Assembly: GCF_032062105.1 (NCBI RefSeq)
Contig: NW_026937667.1
Coordinates: forward strand, 1-64,000
DNA from: Saccostrea cucullata
Lineage: Eukaryota
Length of the DNA stretch: 64,000 nucleotides
Reading direction: 5' to 3'
Numbering within the stretch: the first letter of the stretch is position 1; every line of letters starts with the position of its first letter. Shown here one piece after another: positions 27,361-39,149 of this stretch. The notes beneath the pieces are model-generated. The model searched no databases and was not told where the DNA came from. It saw nothing but the letters and a program-made list of their open reading frames with translations. The position numbers were made by a program, and so were the translations under genes.

Positions 27361-27514
27361 AATACATGGTTACTGTCTTGAAATATAAGCGATATTTGGG
27401 CGAGGGTAAGAAAACGTGATAGAGGACAAGGCTTGCCAAGCAAGCTTCGCCTTTTATCACGTTTTCGACCTGAGCCCAAATATCGCTTATATTTCAAGAC
27501 AATGTCCTTGTATT
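27361..27514. repeat. Palindromic element (partial copy at 46292-46404)
   Basis: Arms TGTCTTGAAATATAAGCGATATTTGGGC..AAAACGTGATA and TATCACGTTTT..GCCCAAATATCGCTTATATTTCAAGACA. Confidence 0.75.
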
Positions 27515-28310
27515 TTGTTTATCCTGCAAAACATATTTAATCTGACCTCCAATATGAATTATTTTAAACCCGATTTAGACACATATCTGCAGAGGAAACT
27601 AAGACGCCATTGCGTAAACATTGCAATGTAGTTACGTGGCGTCACAATACTTTTAGAACGTCGGAATACATGCACGAGGCTTTATTAGGACATAGACCAA
27701 ATAAAGCTTTAGTTTGTTAGGTCACTGCAAGGGGGTAGTTGCAGGATAAAAAACAGTGACCTGCTTGCTTTAAACATAAGAGTAATCAAGTAAAATACAT
27801 GTATCACATTTGGAAAACACCCAAAATGCAATTGTTAAAAATTATTTTTACTAACATAATATATATATTTTGATATTTAAGTTTTCTTTTAATATTTTCA
27901 ATTAAATGAGCTTTGACAAAGGAACATTATAGTGCCCAATTTATTTCAGTATCTGTTGTTGATTTTACATTTAATATATAATTTATTCCTGAATGAGTTT
28001 CCTGTTTTATTATGCTTTTAAAGCTGTCTGAAAAAAGCCTAATTACATTTTGTTTGGAGTTTTCACTATGCATATAAGAATGTTTTCCTTATGTTTTAGA
28101 TTATTTAAATAAAACCATTACCGATCTACAGAATGAAGTCAAACAAACACAGTATGACCAGCTGAAATTATCTTCTACTGTCTCTTCCTAGTGGTGTTCC
28201 GGGTGAGTGTCACTAATAATCGTTGTGGTATGCGTGCAGGATTGATAAATGATAGTGAGAAACAAAGACAACAAAATGTCGTAAAAGCAGACATATGGTT
28301 TATGAATATA

Positions 28311-28707
28311 CAGGTAAAAATTGTCTAATCCGACACCTGTGTAATCGGACACACTGAATTCCGACATTTAATTTCCTGCCCATTTTACCGTTAACCATAT
28401 TTCTTTACACTGAGTAGTCCGACACACTGAATTCCGACATTTAATTTCTTTCCCATTTCACCGTTAACCATATTTCTTCACACTGAGTAGTCCGACACAT
28501 TGAATTCCGACATTTAATTTCCTTCCCATTTTACCGTTAACCATGTTTCTTTACACTGTGTAGTCCGACACACTGAATTCCGACATTTAAATTCCTTCCC
28601 ATTTTACCGTTGACCATGTTTCTTTACACTGTGTAGTCCGACACACTGTCTATTCCGACAAAAAAAAACTGTCTCCCAGTGCATGTCGGATTGGACAGGT
28701 TTCAGTG
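28311..28707. mobile_element. Tc1/pogo-like MITE with an internal 73-bp tandem repeat (~4 copies)
   Basis: TA flanks, imperfect TIR TGTCTAATCCGACA / TGTCGGATTGGACA. Repeat units start at 28351, 28424, 28497 and 28570. Confidence 0.7.
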
Positions 28708-31220
28708 TAGATCTATATCATTTATTTTGTTTATAACATTTTATGAGATAGATTTCCCTCGAATTTTTATACAAGCATATCTTACTAAAACCAATCTAGA
28801 TCTCAAAATCAATGCAATTGTATATCCAGAATTTTTTTTACATTAAAGTTATAGGTCTGTCAAAAAGAGTGGCTTTCACTGTTGGAGTGGAACCTGTGTA
28901 GTTACCATTTGTCTTATTTATATCACTAAGTAAGTCAACTTTAATCAATGACCGCCATTAAGAGTCCTAGTTCTGAATAAATTGTACAGGTAATGATCTA
29001 CCCTCGATGTTAAATGGAATTTAAAAAAAATCAAAGTACCCCGTTGATTCTAATTTTGAATCTGTAAAGGCGTACATATCTTAAACAAACATACATGTAT
29101 ATGTAGTCCTGCTTTATGGAAAATTATAACACATTAAATTGTTCTCACTCTCAGAATATAATTGCATATCTCTTAGATGTCACAGCTTACTTGACTTTAA
29201 AAGAAAATTTCTATATCAATCCAATGATAAAATATGATTACATTTCATGAACATCTAGATTGATGTTGTGATAAGGCTGCCACTTTGAGTATGTTTATTT
29301 TAAAATTATACGAGTTTCCATAAATTTGTTTTCTTTGTCATATGTCCATTAGAGTTCATTATCCATGAACTGCATGTAAGGTGAAAAGAAATGTACGAGG
29401 GTTGTCCCAAAAAGTCGTAGACAATGTTTATAACTTTTTTTTTAAATGCAGCTAATACTAACCAATTTTTGCATAGACATAACATATTCAATGTTCCTTA
29501 TGTTCGTACATCCAAATTCTTTTTGAGACTTCTCTGAGCTCATGCTAAAGAGTTATTACTGTACTTTCTGTAGTAAACTCTATTTTCATTCCAGATAACT
29601 TTCCACTGAAAACCTAAAGAGATGAAGAATACTTCTATTAAAAACATGCTTTGGTAAGAACTTATTATGTAGCACTATTTTAGAAAATTAAGAAAATTAG
29701 AAAATTAAGAACTAAAGGTCAAAAATTAATATTTTCATTTTTTCCCTATTATTTCCTTACTGTATAATTTTCAGTTCTCTTTTTTCATAGTAACACAGCC
29801 ATTGGTGGTTGTCAGTGTGTGTGCATGGGGGGATAGGGTAGCTGCTTTCCTTTACTTTTTAAGCTTTATATACGCACTTTTTAAACTCACATGTTTTTGT
29901 ACAAATTAACGTCACATTGTTATCATGCAAAATTGTCTAACAAGGCAACAAGACATACTTAAAAGTGACTTGAAACTGAATTTTGATTTTAAATCACTAA
30001 TTAAAACAATTCACACATAATGATTGACAGGATTTGATATGCTTTTGGATGATTGATCGTGACAGTTTTCAAATGTTTTTTTTTCATGGTTTCTCGTTAA
30101 ATTCAGTCCGTTTTATATCCCTTCTTTTTAAAACAGTCATTTGCCTTGCTTATATACAGAAACAGTGAAGTTCGTGTAACTTCTGTACTTTCTATGCATT
30201 AACATAACTCTTAAGCGCAAAGATGATAAGAATTTTTCTCGGCTGTTGGACTAATTTCCATGTTAAAAGCTGTCATTCTTTCAGGATTACTTTCTGAAAT
30301 CTAGCATCATCAAAGATACGCCAAACTACAAAATGTTCATAGTTTCAGACCTTAAGGTAGAACCTATGTCGGAAAAGTCTTTGTCACAAGATTTTCAAAC
30401 TTTTTAAAATGATAAATTAGTACTTGTTTATCAATAAGTAAAATGCTCATGATATGTGTCCTTGTTTTTAAATCTAGTACAGTATGGTAATTACACACTG
30501 CGTCTACACATTTTCAGTTATTTTAAGTGGTATTTGTCAAGAAGAGAATATGCAAAATCACAAAAATACCTCTTCAAACATCGTCGTTTACTTGTCACAA
30601 GGAATACTCCTTTGAAATTTGAAAGCCATAGTCCATCCGGTCAAAAGTTATGGGCAAGGTTAAAGTTTTCACAGACAAGCATACGGTTGGAAGGTAAAAT
30701 CGTCGTTCACGGGGGCATAAAAATCCTTTTATTGCCCTGAGAATCAGGAACAAAGGGAAAAAAGTTATATTGATATGCATACATATTCAGGTACATTTAA
30801 ATTGAATTCAGGTTTGTTTAAAAATTAATTCATTATCCCTGGTGTTTAAAGAGGCAACTTTAATAGACTAGTGAGCCTTTACACTTAAAGTTTTAAATGT
30901 TTATTTAAATCATTCTAATAAAAATGCTGAAATTGTTAAATAAATAAAAAGGACTGTACTAGGACAGCATTACGGATTTTCATTTTGTCAATCTGATTAA
31001 AATTAAAGTTTGATCTGCTCGCATACTTGCAACACTAACATTTTTATAACTTGTCACATCAGAGGTCATATTCTATCGACCAATCAACTCGTCGACTGCA
31101 AAATAACTTTTGTTTGTTTTCGACATGAACAAATACCAAGCAGAATCTTGACGAATAGTACAAAATATTAACTGAATTAATCAAATGTGAAAGTTAGTAG
31201 TGTAAAAAGTAAAGTTTCTT

Positions 31221-31520
31221 TAAGTTTCTGCAATGCTGAAACCATTAAATACTGCTTGTATATCAAATGGTCAGCACGCTGATACTATTCAAATACTTAA
31301 GCTTCATCAAGTTTCTGCAATGCAGAAACCATTGTATACTGCTTGTTTATCAAATGTTTACGCACGCTTAAACTATTCTTACACTTAAAATGCTTAAATT
31401 TCATCAAGTTTCTCCAATGCGGAACCATAGTATACTGCTTTTATATCAAATGTTTACGCATACTGAAACCTTACATATACTTCAAGTTTCATCAGGTTTC
31501 AGTTGCGGAGACCATTTGGA
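31221..31520. repeat. Degenerate ~90-bp tandem repeat, ~3.3 copies
   Basis: AAGTTTCT.CAATGC.GAAACCAT..ATACTGCTT..TATCAAATG recurs near 31222, 31309, 31406 and 31494. Confidence 0.7.
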
Positions 31521-32019
31521 TTTGTGAACAGCTTAGTTTCAGCACTGAAGCTTTGTGGAAACTATAAGTAAGCTTAAGTTTTTGCATAGTTTTCAGCTTT
31601 GCGGAAACTTTTTTTTCATCCAGTGATTTAGAGTTCCAAAAAAAGTGTGTTACGTAAATAAAGTCTGTGCATAGTTTTATTAACATAGGTTAAATAAACT
31701 AATATATGTTCGTTTAAAGCAGATTTTTTCAATAAAGAATTTATTTTTGAATACATGTATGATTAGACAGTTACCAGTGATTGCTAAATCTCATCAGTTT
31801 GTTTTAAATATATTTGCTATAGTAAACAAAAGCTAGGCACGGGTTTTCTTTAAATCATGAGGAATTTTAAGTTCTGCATCGACTTTTTAGATCCAAAAAA
31901 AAGTTCAATTTTTTGCTGATCATTAGAATTCCCTTAATTAGGAAATGTAAACATTAGAATTGGTTTTTAAAAAATCAGTTCAAGTTTTATATATTCCCCT
32001 TTAAAAGGGGTGAAGAAGA

Positions 32020-32572
32020 AACTTCAAGAGTTCTGTGCAACAATGTATTCGAGAAGTGGTGTAAATCGTCGGATTTGGATGCTTAAAAGTTCGCAGGAAT
32101 TTTTTGAAAATTTGAAATCTCAAGATTTTACAAAAATCAACAGCTTAAAAACTTACTTTTTAACTTAATACACAATCATTCCCCAAAATAAATTAAGGTC
32201 CAGGTTTTTTGATATCATGGACAGCTGCTTTTTCATTCAATGGAACTCGTAAATCTTTATTTACCTAGTCATTAGTCTTTTACAAAATTATTCTGTCAAA
32301 AACATTCTTGTTGTGCACACAAGTTAACTACTGTGAAGTTGAAATTTAAAGAATGCAGGAGTTTCTTATTGACAATATCTTTGTGGTTTTTGGAGACAAG
32401 GTCTTCCAACAACCAATTGGAATTTCCATGGGTACCCATTGCACCCAGTTATTACCAAAACTATTTTTGTATTCATACGAAGCATAATTCGTCCAAGTCT
32501 TCGTGAAAAGAAGAAAACATGGTCAACTTGCTGTGATAATGGCCTTTGTCTCTATACATTTAGATATGTCGA
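32020..32572 (+). mobile_element. Penelope-like (Naiad-type) RT fragment, decayed
   Basis: Aligns to the reverse complement of 42975-43500 (YSRSGVN..W.LK, FGDKVFQQPIGISMGT, TFRYV). Confidence 0.75.
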
Positions 32573-35500
32573 AACAAGACTGCTGAATTTCTTGTTTGAT
32601 CAAAACTCGTTTTACAAATTGATAATACGTAGAGCATGCTTTCGCGTATCAAACCAACGCAGAAATCAAAACCGTGTGTTCAGGTGATAAAGGTATGTTT
32701 CTGCATAAGTAAAGGAAGTACACGATTGAAAACTTAAAATTCTCACGTTTATCAAAAATTTTCGCTAATAGATTTTTAGTAAGGTCTTTTTCAAATAAAA
32801 TACCCAAATATGAAGTGGAATATTGATATATTGAAATTGTAATAACGTAACTATGAAATTTTAAACAAATTAGTATACGTATTCACGAAGAACATTTTTA
32901 ACAAATAAAAATAGAAAGGGAGCTATGGCACCCCTACTAATGGCTTCGGAACTTTTTATTTTTCGGTGCTCTGCAAATTATAAAATCCGATGAGTTCAGA
33001 GTAGCTCTGGCAAGAGTCAGCGAGACTACAGCGAAATAGGGTAAATTATTCACGGAAATGTGGCTAGAAAGTAACTAGCACGTGGAGACACGGTAAACAG
33101 AAAGGTTATGTTACGTTTCAGTTTTCATCACCCTATAATATTTGTAGAAATGTACTTCAATCGATCTCTCTTGAATTCATTCAAACTTAAATAAGTATTC
33201 TCTATGAAACAATCTTCTGCAGTCATGAATTAAAATTTCTTTTTGGATAATTATTTTGCATGGGAACTGGGACTATTTTTTGGCGTCAGATTAGCAAATG
33301 AGGCACCAACATGACAACTGACAAATCTGATGAATGAGAATTGCATTATGGGTTACTACGATTACTACAGAAATTTTACGCTTGAAAAAATAGGAAAAAA
33401 AGACCATTTTTCCATCCATTTCGTAACTGAATAGCATGTTTATAATTCTATTATTTTTCATTGTCATATTGACAAACAATTCATTGTTAAATAAGCGATG
33501 GAAGTCTAGGTTTCTCAAAGTCATACTGCAAAGCGATTGCGTCTTATTAATTCCTTTGTTGTACTATCGGTGAATGCAATTGTCATGTAGATTTCCTGGC
33601 CAAACACGTGATCACTAAAATAGTAATGTAAAAATGTTTTGTCCATTTAAATGCGTAGGAGATGCTCCTCGCTTTCTTTAACCCTTGAAGCGCTGATGTT
33701 CTCAACTTGACACAAGCTACATTTTAATAAACATATTTTTTTAGTTAACAACAACTGAAAAACACCATTGACATCTTTCATAAATTCTTATCTTTGTATT
33801 TTGTTCAGTTCATAAGATTCTTTTTATTTTGCACTCCATTGACATGATCATAGATTAACCTGAACTACGTGTTCGAAGTAAAATGTAAACATGTATTTGG
33901 CGTAAACGTTGCTATTCATTCTACGATTGGTCAGTTGCTCGTGATAAGATCGTCTATGTGCATTCATAACGATAGCCATATAAGGCAAACAAAGGTTTGT
34001 CAGTGTAGATGATATTACACATTTTTTACAAGCGTATCGGTCGCTAGTGAGCTTTAATTTTCGCCGTAAATTATGATGATATATTGTTTTTTAAAGCCCT
34101 CCCCCTTTGGCCACCCTTATCTATTGAAAATCATGAAAGTCTCTCAGAAACGTCTAGAACACATTTTTCACAGGACATGTTTTCAACAGAAAAAGACTCT
34201 GGCAGTTTCCTGTTTACTGCCAATTTTATTTTTGAAACCGGTTCTATCCTATAACCTTTGAATAGGTCAACCTGAACCACTGGTCTTGAATTTAAATCAC
34301 AATAAAATTAATAGGTTGTATGGGTATAAGTTGGATTACCACTTGTAGAATTAATCGCAGTTCCTCTAAAGTACAACGTAGATAATGAGTCTTTCAAACT
34401 ACAACAGTGTTGTTACCTGCTTTGTCAGCATGAACCAGTACATACTGAACGTGCAACGTAATTTTTTTTTCGCTTCTGAATTATTGAACACAGAAGAATA
34501 GTTGCTTTTCATTCGCGAGATTTAAGCGGTCATACATCGGATACATTTAATTCATCGTGCCAATTCGACAATTCGAGGTTTTTATTCATGTCTGGCCCAT
34601 CGCCTGGCGCAATCTTTCAAAGAATCCATAATATGTTTAAAATTATTACAAGATTCCTAAATTTTGGCCCTTACTATATATACGTCATTAGTAATGAACC
34701 TGTCCAGTAGAACAATAAACATATGGTGAAGAAGAACAGGAATACAGAGTAGAATTATGTTTCAGATTTTTCGATTTCTAAGTGTATATATTACACAATG
34801 ACATTTTTTGACATATGAACATATGAATTCAAGATTGAGTGGTGTAGCTAGGTTTGCGGTACTATACATTTTTTTTAAATCGTCCAATTGGCTTGTATGC
34901 AAAGAATGTCAAGATTTCCTCTTCCAAAAAATCACTCAATTATCTGTGATATCTGGCATGGTCACGGACATATTTTGATACTTTTTTTTGCTTGTCCCTA
35001 TAAAATGTATACGAATGTTCCTCGGGCATTTAACTGTAGAATTTCTTGATTTTCTATGCACCAATTAACTGTTCTTCACTGTCAATGAAAAGGTGTGTCA
35101 TATTTCAGTTCATTTATCCCCAATTTTATCATGGTAATAGCAGGGTTCCGTGGCAAATTTCATTCATGGTCTGCTGTAGCAATGCCCTTCCGAAAACAAT
35201 TATTTCTTTTCTTATCTCTCAACCAATCAGATTAATCCATTCTGTGATTAACAACTTGTAACACGTGCATCTATGGTGTAAACCGAATCCTTTAAGTGTA
35301 CATTATCTTACTAATTATGGAAGCTTTAATTTATTTGGTTCAATGAGAGAAGCAAGCTATAAAATATCGAATGAAATTTGAAAGGGGTCCCACGGCAATG
35401 TTTGACTCTGAGGACTCCTGGTATTGGAAGGATGCCTCGATTTTTTTCTTAGTTATATATCGCTGGAATATAATCCTTTATCTTTTTATTAACAAAATCC

Positions 35501-35980
35501 TTGGAAAACTGATGGGTGTTCCGTTAGGTCTTAAAGCTTGTTACCATATTTTGTATGTTTTGCGCCGTTGGGAATTGGAAAGTAGTTACTGTAATAATTG
35601 GTCTCTTTTCTATATCCGTCCTTAACCTTTCCTATCTACATTTTCTACTTGAACACTTATTATATCCCTTTTTGAGATGTTTTTTAGTTAAATCCTGAGC
35701 ACTTCCCATCTTAATTAACATTTTTTTTTATATGACACTCGTTATCAGATAGACTCACTTGTACATTTATGACAAGAGCACAATAATTAAAACGTTATCT
35801 TTAATCTCAGCATGATAAGGATATTCGTACTTGACACTTGCCAAACTAATGATGTCATATTTTGATACACCATCAAGGGGAATAACTAGTTATATCAATA
35901 TATATTTGAGTATGTTATTATTAACATTTAATCTGCGGACAGTAAGGCACATACACATATTGAAAACCAGTAGCTAAAAA

Positions 35981-38829
35981 ATGGCACATTTACTTAGATG
36001 TTTCCTGTATTGCCTGTTAAGCGAGTGTTTTATTGCTTTTTCATTGCTGAACAACCACAATTTTAGTACAGGAAATATGTCTGGAGAACTAGTGACCAAT
36101 TTTGCGTTGGAAAATTCTAATAGTTTCCGTCAGCTTCTTAACCAAGAAGCTCTTATTCGAGTGGCTCTGGCACAAAACGTTCACTCCTTAATGAAAGATA
36201 TTATGACAGTCAAGAATTCAATGCTCATGTTGGAAACAACTACAGAAAAATTCAAACTTGCAACCGAAAAGACAATTTTCCAGTTAGAAGCAGAAATAGA
36301 AAAGCTTAAATCGGAAAATCAGCGTTTAAGGAACGATTATGCAGATAAACATCGAAAATTAATTCCCTGTGATAATGAAACATTTCAAACAGTTAAAGAC
36401 TCAATTTCACAAATGCAAAAAAGTTTTGATACAAGGTTACAGATGATTGAAGAGAGGAAAGCGAATGTGTCATCTACTGCAGCTTTGGAGATGTCTTTAA
36501 CAAAAGTTTCAACTAAAATTGAAAGTAAGTAAATAGAACTAATACGCTTTATTACGGAAGCGTACATGGCTCTAGACTTGTTGTGTTATAACTTTGTATA
36601 TTGTCTTATACAGCTGGAATCAGACCTTCGGTGCTGATACATCAGAGACATGTGTAAAAGTTTATTCTATGTTAATTCCATATAAAACTATAAAAATCGT
36701 GACTCTGTTAGTGTCTTTGAGGTTTTAATGAATTAAGGTTCAATAATAAGAGAAAATCTCAAGGATGACCCATTTGACGGAAAACCATCCTGCACGGGGG
36801 TATATTTATGCCATCCACATAACCTTTTGTTATCATAGCGTATCATGCCATATCAAGAAAATATTCTCGTTAAGTCATGATAACTTTATGGTTTGTCGAC
36901 AAACATCGACTTCATGTCTCGTAAGTCAAGAAAAGATATCACATTTGTTGCGATAGCTATCTTGACATGACGAGATAACTTATCTTTAATCAAGAATCAA
37001 AAAGCTAGCGCAAAAAAACAATTGCTTATCTTTACTGGACAAGATATAAAGTCGGCGATTGTCGACACAAGAAAGTTACTGTATACTGGGAAATTTTAGC
37101 CCCGTTTTACTTTCGCCCCTTTCACCCTATCCTCTTTTGGGCAAATTCAAAACGGGGTGAATTCAAAGAATATTGTATAATTTCTTAAACAAAACTATAA
37201 CTGGGCGAATTTAAAACGGGACAAAATTATTTTGAAGTGTGGAAGGGCGAAAATAACACAGGGCGAAAATAACCCTGTATACAGTATCATTATTTGACGA
37301 GAACGTTATTTTGACTTAATTGGCATGATATGCTATGTTAACAAAAAGTCACATTCTCCTTTGGTGTCTTGTGTGCAATCTATCTTTCTAAAGTACTTGA
37401 ATGTTCTCCCAAATGAATAACTTAATCCCTTTTATTAACTTTATTGATTAGAACTTAGTTTGCAGTTATATTTGAAAAGGTACATGTATCTCGTTTAAAG
37501 AATATGATTTAATTTTATTTGGATTGTTTGCTTCTTACTTGGCACAATAGTATTTCTTAAGAATGTGCTGACATGACACGATTTTTTTTTCAGATGATAT
37601 GAACAAAACTATTGCCGATCTACAAAATGAAGTCAAGCAATCACGGTATGACCAACTCGAATTATCCTCTACTGTCTCGTCCCTCGAGGTGTTCCGATTG
37701 AACATCACTAAAAATCTATGTGGTAAGTTAAAGCGATTTTTAAAAATGTTGTTTATGATAAAATATTTTACATTTCAAAATTTCATCGTCCTAAAAAAAC
37801 TTTATTTCTACATAAATCTACTGGTTCATCAATAGATGTTGTTTAAAAAAATCATGTGTGGGGTGGAGACAGAGTTAAGCGGGGCTTGTAGCTTGTGGAT
37901 TTGCGGACTCAAGGGCATGTAAATATAAGGAATACATGTAACTGTAAGATTTTTTTTGTTTCATGACGATGATCAGTCGATTGGCTTGCTTGATAATTTT
38001 ATGCATAAACGCCTTCATGCAAATTATCACGCAAGACAATCAATTGATCACATCATGAAACCAAAGAATTACACAGATGTGTAATATAGAATTTCATGTA
38101 TTTCCTGAATTTTATGAAATACACGAAGGACATGAATTTTTTATGCATCGAGGAAATTCTTATAATTACTGTTTAGTTATGAAATACATGTATTACAACA
38201 TATGCGTTAAATCTTAAAAAAGGGAAAAAGGCATTTTTCCTTTTAATATATCTTAAGGGTCATTTTGGGAAACTTTTCCACTCGTATATTCATATAATTT
38301 CTTTTGAGTAAACTTCTTTTTGCATTTTTTGGACATTTTTGTCGGACAATATTTTAAAAAGTGCGTGGGGCCTATATCGCAAATGTGTCAAAATCAATAT
38401 TTTCACCATTTTACAATTGTAGACCTTTCTAAGAGAGTAGCTTTTACAGCTGGAGTAACGTCTTCTAGCAGCTCCTGGAGCGATGGAACCTTAGTGTACA
38501 ATAAAGTCATCAACAACGTAGGAGGAGGATATAACCCGAACACCGGAATCTTCACCGCACCAGTAGAGGGACATTATGTGTTCTACGTCAGTATCGTAAG
38601 TTACAGTAAAAACAATGATATATACGTAGATATCGTACTTAACGGATCTAGAAAGGTCAGAGCGATGGCAAAAAGATATGGTTCTGATGACGGATACGAA
38701 ACAGGTACCAACATGGCGACCTTCAGATTGCAGCAGGGAGACACGGTATGCGTCCAAGAATGGTCTGGTACAGGTTATTACTCTTATAGTGACGCTCCTG
38801 TTACCACGTTTTCTGGATTCCTGTTATAA
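35981..38829 (+). CDS. C1qDC gene 4, intact; join(35981..36524,37594..37722,38423..38829), 359 aa
   Basis: Signal peptide, coiled coil, 129-bp phase 1-1 exon and gC1q exon. All introns are GT-AG. 544+129+407 = 1080 nt in frame, ending TFSGFLL*. Confidence 0.9.
37079..37284. mobile_element. TA-flanked MITE nested in an older inverted-repeat element (~36825-37348)
   Basis: TA-CTGTATAC.GGG..ATTTT.GCCC / GGGCGAAAAT..CCCTGTATACAG-TA. Outer inverted repeat TTTTGTTATCATAGCGTATCATGCCA / TGGCATGATATGCTATGTTAACAAAA. Confidence 0.7.
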
Positions 38830-39149
38830 ACAGCTGATTTACTAAAACACAGCACAGCAGACTAAAATACAAACTAGAACGTTTGCTATTAAAAGCAATA
38901 ATGTGTGTCCCCTAAAATTGACCTCCCTCCGTTTCTCCGGCAACAGCGGTCGTTTTGATTGCATGCGCAACTACACTCATGTGATTATATAGAAATATGA
39001 GTGAATACTTTTTAATTTTTGAAATACAACTTAGTTTTGTTGTTGTTATGTTTTCGTTGTAATATCTTAGTAACATTCATGAAAAAGATAAAAATAACAA
39101 ACAGTGACCGATCCCCCCAACCCAAATATAAACAATACAAATTAGCAAA

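Larger units (their letters stand above)
26573..28890 (+). pseudogene. C1qDC pseudogene (copy A): 5'-deleted exon 1 (26573-~26890), frameshifted middle exon (28100-28227), truncated C1q exon (28855-~28890)
   Basis: Exon 1 remnant matches 45985-46270. The middle exon is 128 bp versus 129 bp at 37594, giving a TAG. The C1q exon reads only GLSKRVAFTVGV and then breaks off. Confidence 0.8.
23247..38829 (+). repeat. Tandem segmental duplication, copy A (copy B is about 41351 to the window end)
   Basis: Colinear blocks: 23247-24345 ~ 41351-42286+43502-43665; 25790-26570 ~ 44385-45170; 26575-26890 ~ 45985-46270; 30715-31040 ~ 53915-54219+59702; 35530-36550 ~ 60430-61400. Confidence 0.85.

Noticed and set aside
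28340-28660. CRISPR-like regular repeat
   Set aside because: Whole 73-bp units are repeated with no unique spacers. The DNA is eukaryotic and has no cas genes.
30353-34255. Possible Kolobok element (TTAAGGTAGAACC...GGTTCTATCCT)
   Set aside because: The inverted match is too short, the right TTAA is absent, and the span crosses a block shared with the duplicate.
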